NCBI RefSeq assembly: GCF_040003245.1
Contig: NZ_JBDUCX010000002.1
Span: 1,519 to 65,518 of the forward strand
Direction: 5' to 3'
Source of the DNA: Chthoniobacter sp.
GTDB taxonomy: Bacteria; Verrucomicrobiota; Verrucomicrobiia; Chthoniobacterales; Chthoniobacteraceae
DNA length: 64,000 nucleotides
The notes under the pieces are model-generated. The model saw only the letters and a list, made by a program, of their open reading frames with translations. It searched no databases and had not been told where the DNA came from. Shown here one piece after another: positions 29,650 through 39,043 of the stretch (within the stretch, counting starts at the first letter, position 1; every line of letters starts with the position of its first letter). The translations under genes were made by a program, and so were the position numbers.

Positions 29650-32600
29650 TTACAGATTGAAGATGTTCGTCACCGGAACGCCAGTAGCGCTGGCGTGGAT
29701 GTAGAAATCACCTTTGGGATTCCCCGCCGGGGCGACGACCAACGTGCCGTCGGTCAAGCCCTTGGCATTCAAGCCGAGAGCGCCGGCTCCAATGGTGCCG
29801 TTATTCGCTTCCGTAATACCAAAGAAGGCCGCGTTTTCCAACTGCGCCATCGTCACACCGGTAACCCCACCAGCGAACAAGGCGTTGGCAATCGCCCAGA
29901 CCGGATTATCAGGGTGCGCTGCGTTATCCAGCGGGATAGCGAAATTGTAGGAAAAGACGGCGCCAGGAGCGGGACCAGCTGAAACCCAGGCGAACGCTTG
30001 AGCTGCGGCTTGCGCCATTTGCAAGCCGTACGCCTTGGCGGAGGTTCCTGCCTGGGTGAGGACGGCCGCGGTGACCGCACTGATCGTGCTATCATTCTGG
30101 GAGGTCAACTGGGCGACAAAACCCGTCACAGCACCGGCGGCACCCACAGTACGCCGATTGTTGCCAGTCGTGTAAAATGAGGTTGTGCTCGTGCCATCGC
30201 TTTGACGGAAATAATTCGAGTATCCCGGGGAAGTGGCATTGAAGACCTCCTGTGAACTGCCGGTAGCTGGAATCGGACCTTGGAGATTGGTCCCGGATTG
30301 GGTGATGGACGCGGCCACTGCAGCGCCGACGACGTTCTTCAGGTTGGTCAACGTCGTTGCATTGATCGCAGAAGTCGCAACGCCAAACCGGAACGTCTGG
30401 TCCGATTCTAGGATACCCGTCACATAGCCAGCGGTAATCGCGGCAGCCGCAGCGGGTTGATCAATGACGGTGCCGCGAGTGCCTGGAAAGGCCTTGCTGC
30501 CCAGGATGCCTCCCTGAGAGTGAGGCGTCGCGTTGGTGATCTGGGTATATTGGAAGACTGCCGAAACCGTCGTGTTGGCGGTGTTGGGCTGGGCAAAGGC
30601 GACCGCCGTCGCCACATAATGCGCATGATCCGGATCCACGACCGTCCAGGCAATGGCGATATCCCGAACCAGTGACGGATAGGCAATCGTCTCCGTGCCG
30701 ATGTAAGGGAAAAGCTGCACCGATGCCCCTGCCCCCAAGTTCGTCTTGGCGATGCTGGCAATCTTGGAAACTTCCGTCAAAACTTGCGCGCTGTTGGCAT
30801 TGAAAGGCGTATTCACCCCGATCGCAGTCGCGGTCAGCGCGGCGGGATTAACACCGCTTTCCTTGATGGCGACGGCCAGTGCGGCGTCGGCCTCACCATT
30901 GTTCGCCAGAATCGCCCCAATCAAGTCGGCATTCACGCTGCTGGCACCAGCGACCGCAGCGTCGCTGAACTTGGTCAACGTATTGTAAAACCGATGCTGC
31001 GTGTCTGTCTGGAGGGACTGAACCAAGTCAGCGCCATTATTCGCTGCGGTGATGTCCGCGATGACGCCCGGCGTATTGACCGTAGCATCGAGAATCGCCT
31101 GCCGATAGGCGCCGCCATTGCCAGCCAAAGCCGCGACCACCGCGATATAGTTTGCCGCCGGCCCGAGGTCGGGTGTGGCCGCAATGGCGTCAGCGGCCGC
31201 CCGGGCCACCGGGCCGGAGTAGCCGACTGCAGATCCTTTGGTGGAACTGGCCGCTTGGTAAATGATATCGGCAATGATGCCCGCTTTTCCGCCGGCATCC
31301 GCTCCTCCCACCGCACCGGCAACGAGTTTCGTCACCGCGTCGAGAGTGCTGGTGAAGATGGGACCACTGGCAGCCAGAGTTCCCGCCCGCCCGATGAGCA
31401 ATTGAATCGAGCCGATGGCCGAGGTGTTCGGACCGGCTTGGTAAATGCCCCACGCGACGTCCAAAAAGGACCCACCACCGTATGGAGCAGGAATTCCACC
31501 GGGACCACCGGTGGGGTTGATGGCGCCGACAATCGCATTATTCACCGAAGTCGGGCTCGCCAGAACGGAAGCAAATACAACGTCCCTCGTTTGCGTGGTG
31601 GGCGCGGCGGTGAGCGCAGCCTGGACAAAGCTTCCAATCAGACCGGCGTTTTTCGTGACCGCTCCGGAAGCCGCTGCCGCAATGGCAGAGGCCGAGGGCG
31701 CCGCATACCCCGGGGCCGTCCCGGCGAGGTAGGAGGAGAAGCCTGCCGCCGTCGTCCCGTTGAGATAGCCATTGGCCACCGCAGTGGTGTAGGATGAATA
31801 CGCGACTCCCAGATAGGTGGTGCCGACGATCGCATTCGAATTGAGATAATCGCGGATACCGGCCGCATTCGAGGCACCTTGGGCAGAGAGTGCACCATCC
31901 GTCAAAGCAATCAAATTGTATCGATCAAGCGTGTCTTGGGCGGTGTTGGTCGGAGGGACAAACTGAAGCGCATTCACGGCAGCACCCAAGATCTGGCCGA
32001 TGGACGAACCCGGATTGGAAACCGGCAACGCCGGCGCGGTGGGAGGCACCAAACTAATAGCAACCGTCGACAAAAGGTTCTTAACGATGGTGGCCACGTT
32101 GGCCTGATTGTTTTGCGCGCCCGAGGAACTTAAGACGATTTGCACCAGTCCGTTGCTGGAGTCGATGACGGCTGCACTCTTTTGGACCGCGGAAAGATTC
32201 GCGGCAGAGATCGCACCCACCCCAGTACCGAGCACGGAATTAATTCCTGCGGTATCCGTCGAAATCGCGGCAATGGTCTCGGCAACAATGTCGGCAATCA
32301 CATGAGCCCCGGCGGTATTAAACGCCACCGAGCCGACTGCAGTCTTACCGGTCGCATCCGTTCCCAACATCCCTTGAATCGTGGCCACCGCCAAGGTCGG
32401 CTGAGACAAGGCCAGCGCATCAACCACCGAGGTTAGCAGGCTGCTGGCCGTAGCCGGATCCGCCGCATATTTCGTGACAATCGCCCTGGATACCTGGTTG
32501 CCAAGGGCAACACGATCCGCCGGCATGTACTGGGTCGCAGCGAGTACCAGCGACTGCAAGGTAACCCCCGGAATGCCATCATTGACCAAGGCCGATACAC

Positions 32601-32934
32601 TGCGATTCAACGCCGCTTCAAACACCGCAGCCGTCGGTGGCGAGTAACCAGCCGGAGTCGGAATGTAAATCGACATCAACTGCGGCGTCGGCAAGGCGGC
32701 GGCGGCGTTCCGGACCTCCCCATCCAAGGCGGCGTACTCAGGAATGCCAGCATAGGGCTGGAAATTATAAACCGGAGCCGAGGTGGTCGTCGCCGGGGTA
32801 TATACTGGGTAATAATAACCTTGGGCACGGACCGAATCGACGTGCGAAAAGCTCAACAACGCGGGAAGCGCCCAGAAGGGCAGGCTTTTACGAATCAAAC
32901 CATGGACAGCAGCGAGCACAGGAACGGTTTTCAT
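29650..32934 (-). CDS. Large secreted Ala/Thr/Ser/Gly-rich protein (candidate S-layer or surface protein)
   Basis: Start re-called to ATG 32934 (1094 aa). Signal peptide ending VRA|Q, no Cys, few charged residues, amphipathic helical character, no recognisable domain. Confidence 0.75.
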   Translation of the reverse strand: MKTVPVLAAVHGLIRKSLPFWALPALLSFSHVDSVRAQGYYYPVYTPATTTSAPVYNFQPYAGIPEYAALDGEVRNAAAALPTPQLMSIYIPTPAGYSPPTAAVFEAALNRSVSALVNDGIPGVTLQSLVLAATQYMPADRVALGNQVSRAIVTKYAADPATASSLLTSVVDALALSQPTLAVATIQGMLGTDATGKTAVGSVAFNTAGAHVIADIVAETIAAISTDTAGINSVLGTGVGAISAANLSAVQKSAAVIDSSNGLVQIVLSSSGAQNNQANVATIVKNLLSTVAISLVPPTAPALPVSNPGSSIGQILGAAVNALQFVPPTNTAQDTLDRYNLIALTDGALSAQGASNAAGIRDYLNSNAIVGTTYLGVAYSSYTTAVANGYLNGTTAAGFSSYLAGTAPGYAAPSASAIAAAASGAVTKNAGLIGSFVQAALTAAPTTQTRDVVFASVLASPTSVNNAIVGAINPTGGPGGIPAPYGGGSFLDVAWGIYQAGPNTSAIGSIQLLIGRAGTLAASGPIFTSTLDAVTKLVAGAVGGADAGGKAGIIADIIYQAASSTKGSAVGYSGPVARAAADAIAATPDLGPAANYIAVVAALAGNGGAYRQAILDATVNTPGVIADITAANNGADLVQSLQTDTQHRFYNTLTKFSDAAVAGASSVNADLIGAILANNGEADAALAVAIKESGVNPAALTATAIGVNTPFNANSAQVLTEVSKIASIAKTNLGAGASVQLFPYIGTETIAYPSLVRDIAIAWTVVDPDHAHYVATAVAFAQPNTANTTVSAVFQYTQITNATPHSQGGILGSKAFPGTRGTVIDQPAAAAAITAGYVTGILESDQTFRFGVATSAINATTLTNLKNVVGAAVAASITQSGTNLQGPIPATGSSQEVFNATSPGYSNYFRQSDGTSTTSFYTTGNNRRTVGAAGAVTGFVAQLTSQNDSTISAVTAAVLTQAGTSAKAYGLQMAQAAAQAFAWVSAGPAPGAVFSYNFAIPLDNAAHPDNPVWAIANALFAGGVTGVTMAQLENAAFFGITEANNGTIGAGALGLNAKGLTDGTLVVAPAGNPKGDFYIHASATGVPVTNIFNL

Positions 32935-33208
32935 AATATTATACGCACAGACTCTTCGGATCGGGGAAATCAGTATGGGGGGGCAAGAAGTAGTTTTGAC
33001 CTGCTTTGGAACTACTAGACCAAAGCCCACCGGCCAAGGTCAACAAGTTTTTGGGATATCTTTCTCAGTGTTTTTACGCTGCCGGACCCGGAAATTGCTA
33101 CACGGATGACTTTATCTTGCCAATCAGCCCAATTTCAGCGCAAAAAGAGTCAGCTCCGCCTCGGCGGCAGTAGCGCTACGCAACTCCGCGAATTCCTTCC
33201 CCATATTC

Positions 33209-33523
33209 ATGAGTGAGATCCTGAACAGATTCAGCCTCGAAGCTGCCAAATTCAACAGTCAAGTCTTTTTGTCTTTGCTGTTGATCTGGATGGCCATGGT
33301 TTATTGCGCGACTATCAGCATCAATTCGCAAGGGTTTAGCGCGCGTCAACGCCGTTTGTGGATCTGGATCGTGGCCTCCGTACCGCTCTTGGGATTGCTG
33401 GCCTATTTGCCATTTTCAATTCGGCGAGAAGACCTTCCGCAGGTCTTTCTGATGAAGATTAACAAGGATCGCGCCGCGAAACGGCTGAGGAGTGTCGGCC
33501 CCACTGGAGATCTCACCGATTGA
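33209..33523 (+). CDS. Small two-TM protein, PLDc N-terminal-like
   Basis: 104 aa; R.LWIWIVASVPLLGLLAYL resembles the PLDc_N motif. Confidence 0.6.
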   Translation: MSEILNRFSLEAAKFNSQVFLSLLLIWMAMVYCATISINSQGFSARQRRLWIWIVASVPLLGLLAYLPFSIRREDLPQVFLMKINKDRAAKRLRSVGPTGDLTD

Positions 33524-35280
33524 GACGCGCGCACCCGAAGGGGCCAGCCGCCGTCCGGCGGCCAGCCAAGAAAAATCCGATTTTCCTACAGATGGCCTTC
33601 GCCGCCAAGGCAATCGGCGTGTTTTTCCTCCTTCTTTCGCCGTCGGTTCTCCGCGGCCAGCAGCCAAAATTTCATACCAGCAGCCCGTCGCCCATTCTCG
33701 ATTACCCAACCACCAATCGAGGTTTCACCGGCAGCGCTCTGACTACCCTCCCCCAAGGAGCATTCCAACCCGATCGGACTGGCATCTCGCAGGCCACTCT
33801 GTTCCGGAATACGCAGCTCCCGGATGTCGGGGTTTATCTCCCTCCCGTGGAACCTTCGGTGCGAACGGAATCGGCTACCTTGGATTTCAGACTAACCCTT
33901 CCCTCGCTGAACGCCGGCGTACCCTTGTTTCAACGCGGCTTTGAACCGCAGGAGGCGGATCTCAAGCTCGGACCACTTTTTTTCAAGCTCCGCGCCTTGG
34001 AGGCCGCTGTCCTCCACAGCGATAATATCAATCTCACACCCGATAATACGGAGTCCGGGACGATCGCATACCTAGGGTTGACACTCGATGTCGTGGCGCA
34101 ATTTACCGAGGATTTGAGGTTGGCGGCCTCCTTCACCTTGGTCTACCTCCCGCTCGAGAACCGAGGCGGCATTGTCGGTTTCAATTCGGGAGCCGATCTT
34201 TTCAATTTCGGCCTCGCCACCGGACCCCTGACTCATGTGCAGGCCACATGGGACACCGACATCGGCGGCTGGCATGTCGTCTTCACCGACGACTTCCAAA
34301 TCTCGACCGGATACTACTCGGGCGGCATCGATGGCAATTATGTCCTCTTTGAAGGAAGCCCGTTCGACGAGAATCTCCAGACCCGCACTGGGCGCTATGC
34401 GCTCGGGCCAGCCTCCGGAGGCGCCCTGCGGAGGGGCGATGCCAATTTCGACAATCAGTTGGACGCCGGCCGCCAATCCGACGTCATCGTTTTCAGCAAC
34501 ATCATCAGCGCCGACGCGGAACGGCTGGATCCGGGCTCCATCCTTCTGCGCGCGAGGGTCTACCACGAAGACTTGTGGTACAACCAGGGCAACCGTGGGC
34601 TGCCGAGTTTGCGGGAAGGCGCCACCATCAGCTTGATCTCTCAACGAGAGAATATGCGCTTTAAGCCGTATGTCGTTTATGACCTCTTTCACACCAAGGT
34701 CGAAGATCAGAATCTGGTGCAAAACATCGTCCGGGCGGGTTTCGCCGGTCCCATTACCGAACAGCTTCGTCTTCAGGCCGAGCTGGGCTACTTCAACGGG
34801 GGGCAGGCAGATAGCGGATGGTTGTGGCGCGTCGCACTCGATCACAACGCCGGCCCTTACACTCAGGAATCCCTCATTTACGCACGGACGTTCAATTACT
34901 TTCACAACGAGATCAATGAGGGTGTCGGCTACACCATCCACCAGGTCTTGGGACCGCGCCTCGATGCCAGTGCCTACACCTACCGCCTGCGGGTGCAGGA
35001 TTACTTCGATGGCGAGCAGGCCACGCGCGACGAGTGGCTCTTCGGCCTGCGCGTCACCTTTATCGCCGGCCCGAAGACGACCGTCCAACTGACGGGCGAA
35101 TACACCGCGGAAGACAGCGGAACCCGGCAAATGATCGGGCGGGCGGATATCGGCTACAACTTGACGGACACGCTGCTCCTCCATCTGGCCTACCAGTATC
35201 AAGAGAGTAAATCAGACGTATTCGACCTGAATTTTAGGGAAAACCTGATTTTCCTGAGCGTAACCAAATACTTCAGATGA
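33520..35280 (+). CDS. Outer-membrane beta-barrel protein associated with polysaccharide export
   Basis: Signal peptide (alternative start ATG 33592), alternating aromatic/hydrophobic strands, C-terminal NLIFLSVTKYF(R); directly upstream of OPX. Confidence 0.72.
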   Translation: MRRAHPKGPAAVRRPAKKNPIFLQMAFAAKAIGVFFLLLSPSVLRGQQPKFHTSSPSPILDYPTTNRGFTGSALTTLPQGAFQPDRTGISQATLFRNTQLPDVGVYLPPVEPSVRTESATLDFRLTLPSLNAGVPLFQRGFEPQEADLKLGPLFFKLRALEAAVLHSDNINLTPDNTESGTIAYLGLTLDVVAQFTEDLRLAASFTLVYLPLENRGGIVGFNSGADLFNFGLATGPLTHVQATWDTDIGGWHVVFTDDFQISTGYYSGGIDGNYVLFEGSPFDENLQTRTGRYALGPASGGALRRGDANFDNQLDAGRQSDVIVFSNIISADAERLDPGSILLRARVYHEDLWYNQGNRGLPSLREGATISLISQRENMRFKPYVVYDLFHTKVEDQNLVQNIVRAGFAGPITEQLRLQAELGYFNGGQADSGWLWRVALDHNAGPYTQESLIYARTFNYFHNEINEGVGYTIHQVLGPRLDASAYTYRLRVQDYFDGEQATRDEWLFGLRVTFIAGPKTTVQLTGEYTAEDSGTRQMIGRADIGYNLTDTLLLHLAYQYQESKSDVFDLNFRENLIFLSVTKYFR

Positions 35281-35334
35281 GGTGCGAACGAATCCTGCTA
35301 CGCAGAAATTCGCACCTTTGCCCCTAATACTGAA

Positions 35335-35364
35335 TTGACGCCTTAACCTGTGCTCGACTACAAC
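35335..35364 (+). promoter_or_regulatory. Possible sigma70 promoter for the OPX-wzc cluster
   Basis: TTGACG, 18 nt, TACAAC, 14 nt before the GTG start. Confidence 0.35.
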
Positions 35365-35378
35365 GCATCCAACAGCTT

Positions 35379-36698
35379 GTGACCCCTCACCACATTTTAC
35401 ATGGTCGAAACGGACCCCCTTCCCAGAAGGCGTATTGGTCCGTATCCCCTTTCCTCATCATTGCCACATGCCTGGAGCTTGCCTTCTTGAGCACACAGGC
35501 GGCAGCGGCGGATCCCGGCGGTAAACCGGGCGTCGGCTTCCGCAAGCCACAGGTCGACCTGGCCTCCAGCCGGGCGCAGAGCAACAACCCGGCCGCGCAA
35601 CCCACAGCCGATGCTCTCACCGCACCCATGATCGCCGCGCCGGGCAAACCGTCGCAGAGTGACTTGGAGGACCTGAGTGAGAAGCGCCAAACGCTACAGG
35701 GCGAGGTTCGTTACGCCAAAGCCAAATTGGAAGCCGCTCAAAAGCAATTTGCCCTCCAGACCGCCGCCGGCGATCTCGAGAAAGCCGAGCACCTCGATCA
35801 GGAAGTCAAAGACTGGCAGGCCCGATACTCCTCTGCCAGGGCACAACTCGACGAAGCGGAAAAGCAGGTCGCGGAAGTCTCCCAAGGCCGCGGCGGCGCC
35901 GGCAGCGCGCCGGGCGAAGAAGTCGTTGTGCCCGGGGAAAACCTCGAGGTTTTCGTCAACGAAGACCCTTCCTTCAACGGCATCTATCAGGTTCGTCGCG
36001 GAGGTTATATTATCATGCCGCAGGTGGGACGCATCGCCGTCGCCGGGAAATCCCTTTCCGCGGCCGAAGCCGCTGTGAAGCGGGCTTTGCAAAGTTCGCA
36101 GTTGCACAGCGCCTCGGTGATGATCGAGCAAAAGCAGGGCGCCGACATTGAGAATGGCCCGCTCATCTACCTTTCCGGTGAATTTCGTTCGCCGGGCCAA
36201 TGGCATATCCCGAGTGGGATCACTCCCACTTTGGTCAACGTGATTCTCAGTTCTGGTGGTGTCTCCGACAAAGCCGATCTGACCCGTGTCCGGGTGATGC
36301 GCATCGCCGCCAGCAAGAGCGTCGTGGAGGAAGTCAATGTGGCGAAAATCCTCGAAGGCGGCGGACTGACTTCCGACATCACCTTGGGAGAAGGCGACGT
36401 CATCACGATTCCCGCCGGCCCGGCCAACCTTGTCTATATTACCGGCAACGTCCAGCACCAGGGCAGCTTCCCACTCAAGCAGGGTGAAAGGATCAGCGCC
36501 TACGCGGCCATTCTCCAGAATGGCGGTTTCGCCCGCTTCGCCGATCAAAAGAGCGTCTACGTCCTGCGGGCTCTCCCCGATGGCACCAAGGCCAAGCTCC
36601 CGGTCGACATCAGCGCGATCAAACGGGGCCAGCGACCCGACGTCCAGCTCCAGAGCAACGACATCCTCGTTGTTCCGGAGAAGTGGTTCAGTTGGTAG
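35379..36698 (+). CDS. wza: Polysaccharide export protein (OPX/Wza family, Poly_export plus two SLBB domains)
   Basis: PGENLEVFV, G.I.MPQVGRIAVAGKS, SLBB segments IYLSGEFRSPG and VYITGNVQHQG, ends DILVVPEKWFSW. Confidence 0.85.
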   Translation: MTPHHILHGRNGPPSQKAYWSVSPFLIIATCLELAFLSTQAAAADPGGKPGVGFRKPQVDLASSRAQSNNPAAQPTADALTAPMIAAPGKPSQSDLEDLSEKRQTLQGEVRYAKAKLEAAQKQFALQTAAGDLEKAEHLDQEVKDWQARYSSARAQLDEAEKQVAEVSQGRGGAGSAPGEEVVVPGENLEVFVNEDPSFNGIYQVRRGGYIIMPQVGRIAVAGKSLSAAEAAVKRALQSSQLHSASVMIEQKQGADIENGPLIYLSGEFRSPGQWHIPSGITPTLVNVILSSGGVSDKADLTRVRVMRIAASKSVVEEVNVAKILEGGGLTSDITLGEGDVITIPAGPANLVYITGNVQHQGSFPLKQGERISAYAAILQNGGFARFADQKSVYVLRALPDGTKAKLPVDISAIKRGQRPDVQLQSNDILVVPEKWFSW

Positions 36699-36838
36699 TT
36701 TCGACTCGCGTCCCTCCGCCCAGGGGTCTTCACCCTTTCGCGGAATCTTTAGTTCGCGCCCTATCTGAATTCTGCTAGGATTCGGCCGTTTTTGGTGCCC
36801 GCCCCCGTGCGCACCCTTACTTACTTTCGCTCACTCTC

Positions 36839-39001
36839 ATGATCCCAGGAACGAAAAAGGCCGCTTTCACGCTGCACGATATCATTCTCTATGTCGCGAT
36901 CGCGTCGAAGCACCTGCGGCTCATGATCCTCTTGATCTGCTTCTGTCTCACGGTCGGTCTGACGTATTACGTTTTTGCCAAGCCCGTCTATTACGCGCAC
37001 GCCCTCATCCACATGGAGGAGCTGTCTCGCCCGCTCGACACCGATAAACTTTACGAGGACGGGCGCATGTCTGCGTTCTTCGCCCAATTCACCCAGCCGC
37101 AGATCATGCTGCGCACGGCCCGCGCGCTCGGCATTGACACCGACAGCCGCTCGCTGGAACGGAAGTACCTGTTCAAATTCCGCGCCGGCTTCAACTCGGA
37201 GAAAAACATCGACGTCGAAGTCTGGCCCTGGACCGCCGATTGGGCGCATCGCTGGACAGAAACGATGGTCCGCGAATATCTCGCCTTCCGCCAGGAAAAG
37301 CGCAATGAGGACAAGAACCTCATCATCAACACCTACTCCGCCGAGCTAAAGGAGATGGTCGGCCGGCTCGACCAGCAATTCTCCGAGAAGCTCGATTTTC
37401 AGGATCAGCAGGATTTCACCAAGACGCTCATCCTCGTCAATTCCATCACCAATCTGCCCGCGGAACTGACCCGGCTGCAAATGCGCCTCGACGAACTGGG
37501 CCGCGTGCGCGTTCGCCTGCAGGACACCGGGCTGGATTCCGTGGCCAAACTTTCTCTCATCTCTACGGCGGACGACGCCGAGACGCGCCTCAGCGTCGGA
37601 CAAACCATCGCCCCACCCCAATCCGAGCAAAAAGGCGACAAAAAGGAAACCAGCTCCAGCAGCAACAATGTGGTCGTGGTGCCTTCCATGTTGAAATCTC
37701 TGCACCCTTGGGACGCCCTGGCCCAGGAACAGCAGCAAATCAGAAAGCAAATCGAAGAGGCCTCGCGCATCTATCTGCCCGGCCACCGGAAGATGCTCGA
37801 TTTGAACAAGCAATTGGAGGTGGTGAATCAACGACTCGACTCCGAACTCGAAGTCGCGCAGAGCCGTTTCGATCTCCAGTATCAGGAGTTGCTCAACAAG
37901 AAGCACGATCTCGAAGGCAAGTTACCCGAATACCAGGAGCTGAGTCGCAAACACGCCAAGCTGCTCTCGCAACTTTCGATCTTCGAGATGTCACGTCTGC
38001 CCTACGAAGGTTACCTGGCGAACATGAAAAGGGAGATCAGCGAAGTGGAGTTCGCCGGGGAAAAGGAGCGCATCAATCTCAAGTACGAAGGCTTGCTCGA
38101 GGTCCGCGACGATCCTGTTTCTCCCAACCGTCTGCGTCTCATGATTCTCTCTCTCGGCGCCGGTCTCGTCCTGGCCGTGGTCGTCCCCTTCGTGATCGAA
38201 TACCTCGACCACACGATGACCAATCTGGAGGAGGTCGAGCATTCCTTCCGCCTGCGCGGGCTGGGCGTGGTCCCGCAAACGGATTCCACGGAAATGTTTC
38301 AACCCGGCGATACCGACGACACCTTCAAGCGGGGGCTGGTCGAGAATTTCCGCGTCATTCGCACCAACACCATTTCGATGGGCGCCTTGAGCAAACCACC
38401 CCACGTGGTCATGGTCACCAGCGCGATGCCGAAAGAGGGCAAGACCGTCGTTTCCTCCAATCTGGCCGCCTCTTTCGCTCTCACCGGCGCCAAGACCCTT
38501 TTGATCGACACCGATCTGCGCCGCGGCCGTCTGCATCGCCTCTTCGGCTACCGCAAGGAACCCGGCCTGAGCAACGTCCTCCTCGGCGAGGCCACCCTGG
38601 AGGAAGCGTTTCGCCCGTCGCCCCAGGAAAATCTCACCATCCTCAGTGCCGGCCGCCATCTCGAAAGCGGCACCGAATTGCTGGCGTCCTTGCAGTTTGC
38701 CTCGCTCATCACGAGCCTGCGTGATCGCTTTGAACGCATCGTGATCGATACGCCTCCGGTGCTCGGTCTTTCCGAGACCTCGATCATGCAAAATATGGTC
38801 GATGGCGTGATCTTTGTCATCTGGACCGGTCACACGCCAGTGCGTGGCGTCCAGTCCGCCATCGAAACGCTGCGCGCCAATGGCGCAAATTTTTACGGCT
38901 TCGTGCTCAACCGTCTCGACCTCACGACGACGCAAAACTACTACCAGTACTACTACTACTCGCACGATTACTACTACCAGAACGCGATCGAGGGGACGTA
39001 G
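36839..39001 (+). CDS. wzc: Wzc polysaccharide co-polymerase / BY-kinase
   Basis: Two TMs flanking a coiled coil; Walker A SAMPKEGKT, LLIDTDLRR, IVIDTPP; C-terminal cluster NYYQYYYYSHDYYY (9 Tyr). Confidence 0.93.
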   Translation: MIPGTKKAAFTLHDIILYVAIASKHLRLMILLICFCLTVGLTYYVFAKPVYYAHALIHMEELSRPLDTDKLYEDGRMSAFFAQFTQPQIMLRTARALGIDTDSRSLERKYLFKFRAGFNSEKNIDVEVWPWTADWAHRWTETMVREYLAFRQEKRNEDKNLIINTYSAELKEMVGRLDQQFSEKLDFQDQQDFTKTLILVNSITNLPAELTRLQMRLDELGRVRVRLQDTGLDSVAKLSLISTADDAETRLSVGQTIAPPQSEQKGDKKETSSSSNNVVVVPSMLKSLHPWDALAQEQQQIRKQIEEASRIYLPGHRKMLDLNKQLEVVNQRLDSELEVAQSRFDLQYQELLNKKHDLEGKLPEYQELSRKHAKLLSQLSIFEMSRLPYEGYLANMKREISEVEFAGEKERINLKYEGLLEVRDDPVSPNRLRLMILSLGAGLVLAVVVPFVIEYLDHTMTNLEEVEHSFRLRGLGVVPQTDSTEMFQPGDTDDTFKRGLVENFRVIRTNTISMGALSKPPHVVMVTSAMPKEGKTVVSSNLAASFALTGAKTLLIDTDLRRGRLHRLFGYRKEPGLSNVLLGEATLEEAFRPSPQENLTILSAGRHLESGTELLASLQFASLITSLRDRFERIVIDTPPVLGLSETSIMQNMVDGVIFVIWTGHTPVRGVQSAIETLRANGANFYGFVLNRLDLTTTQNYYQYYYYSHDYYYQNAIEGT

Positions 39002-39043
39002 CCGCCGCGCCTCGCAGAGCCCGTTCGCGCCCCGCCTTCCGGC

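Noticed and set aside
33155-33180. ops/JUMPStart-like GGCGGCAGTAGCGCTAC and palindrome GTAGCGCTAC upstream of the export genes
   Set aside because: Differs from GGCGGTAG by an insertion, and no RfaH/UpxY-type gene is in the window; a 10-bp palindrome is expected by chance
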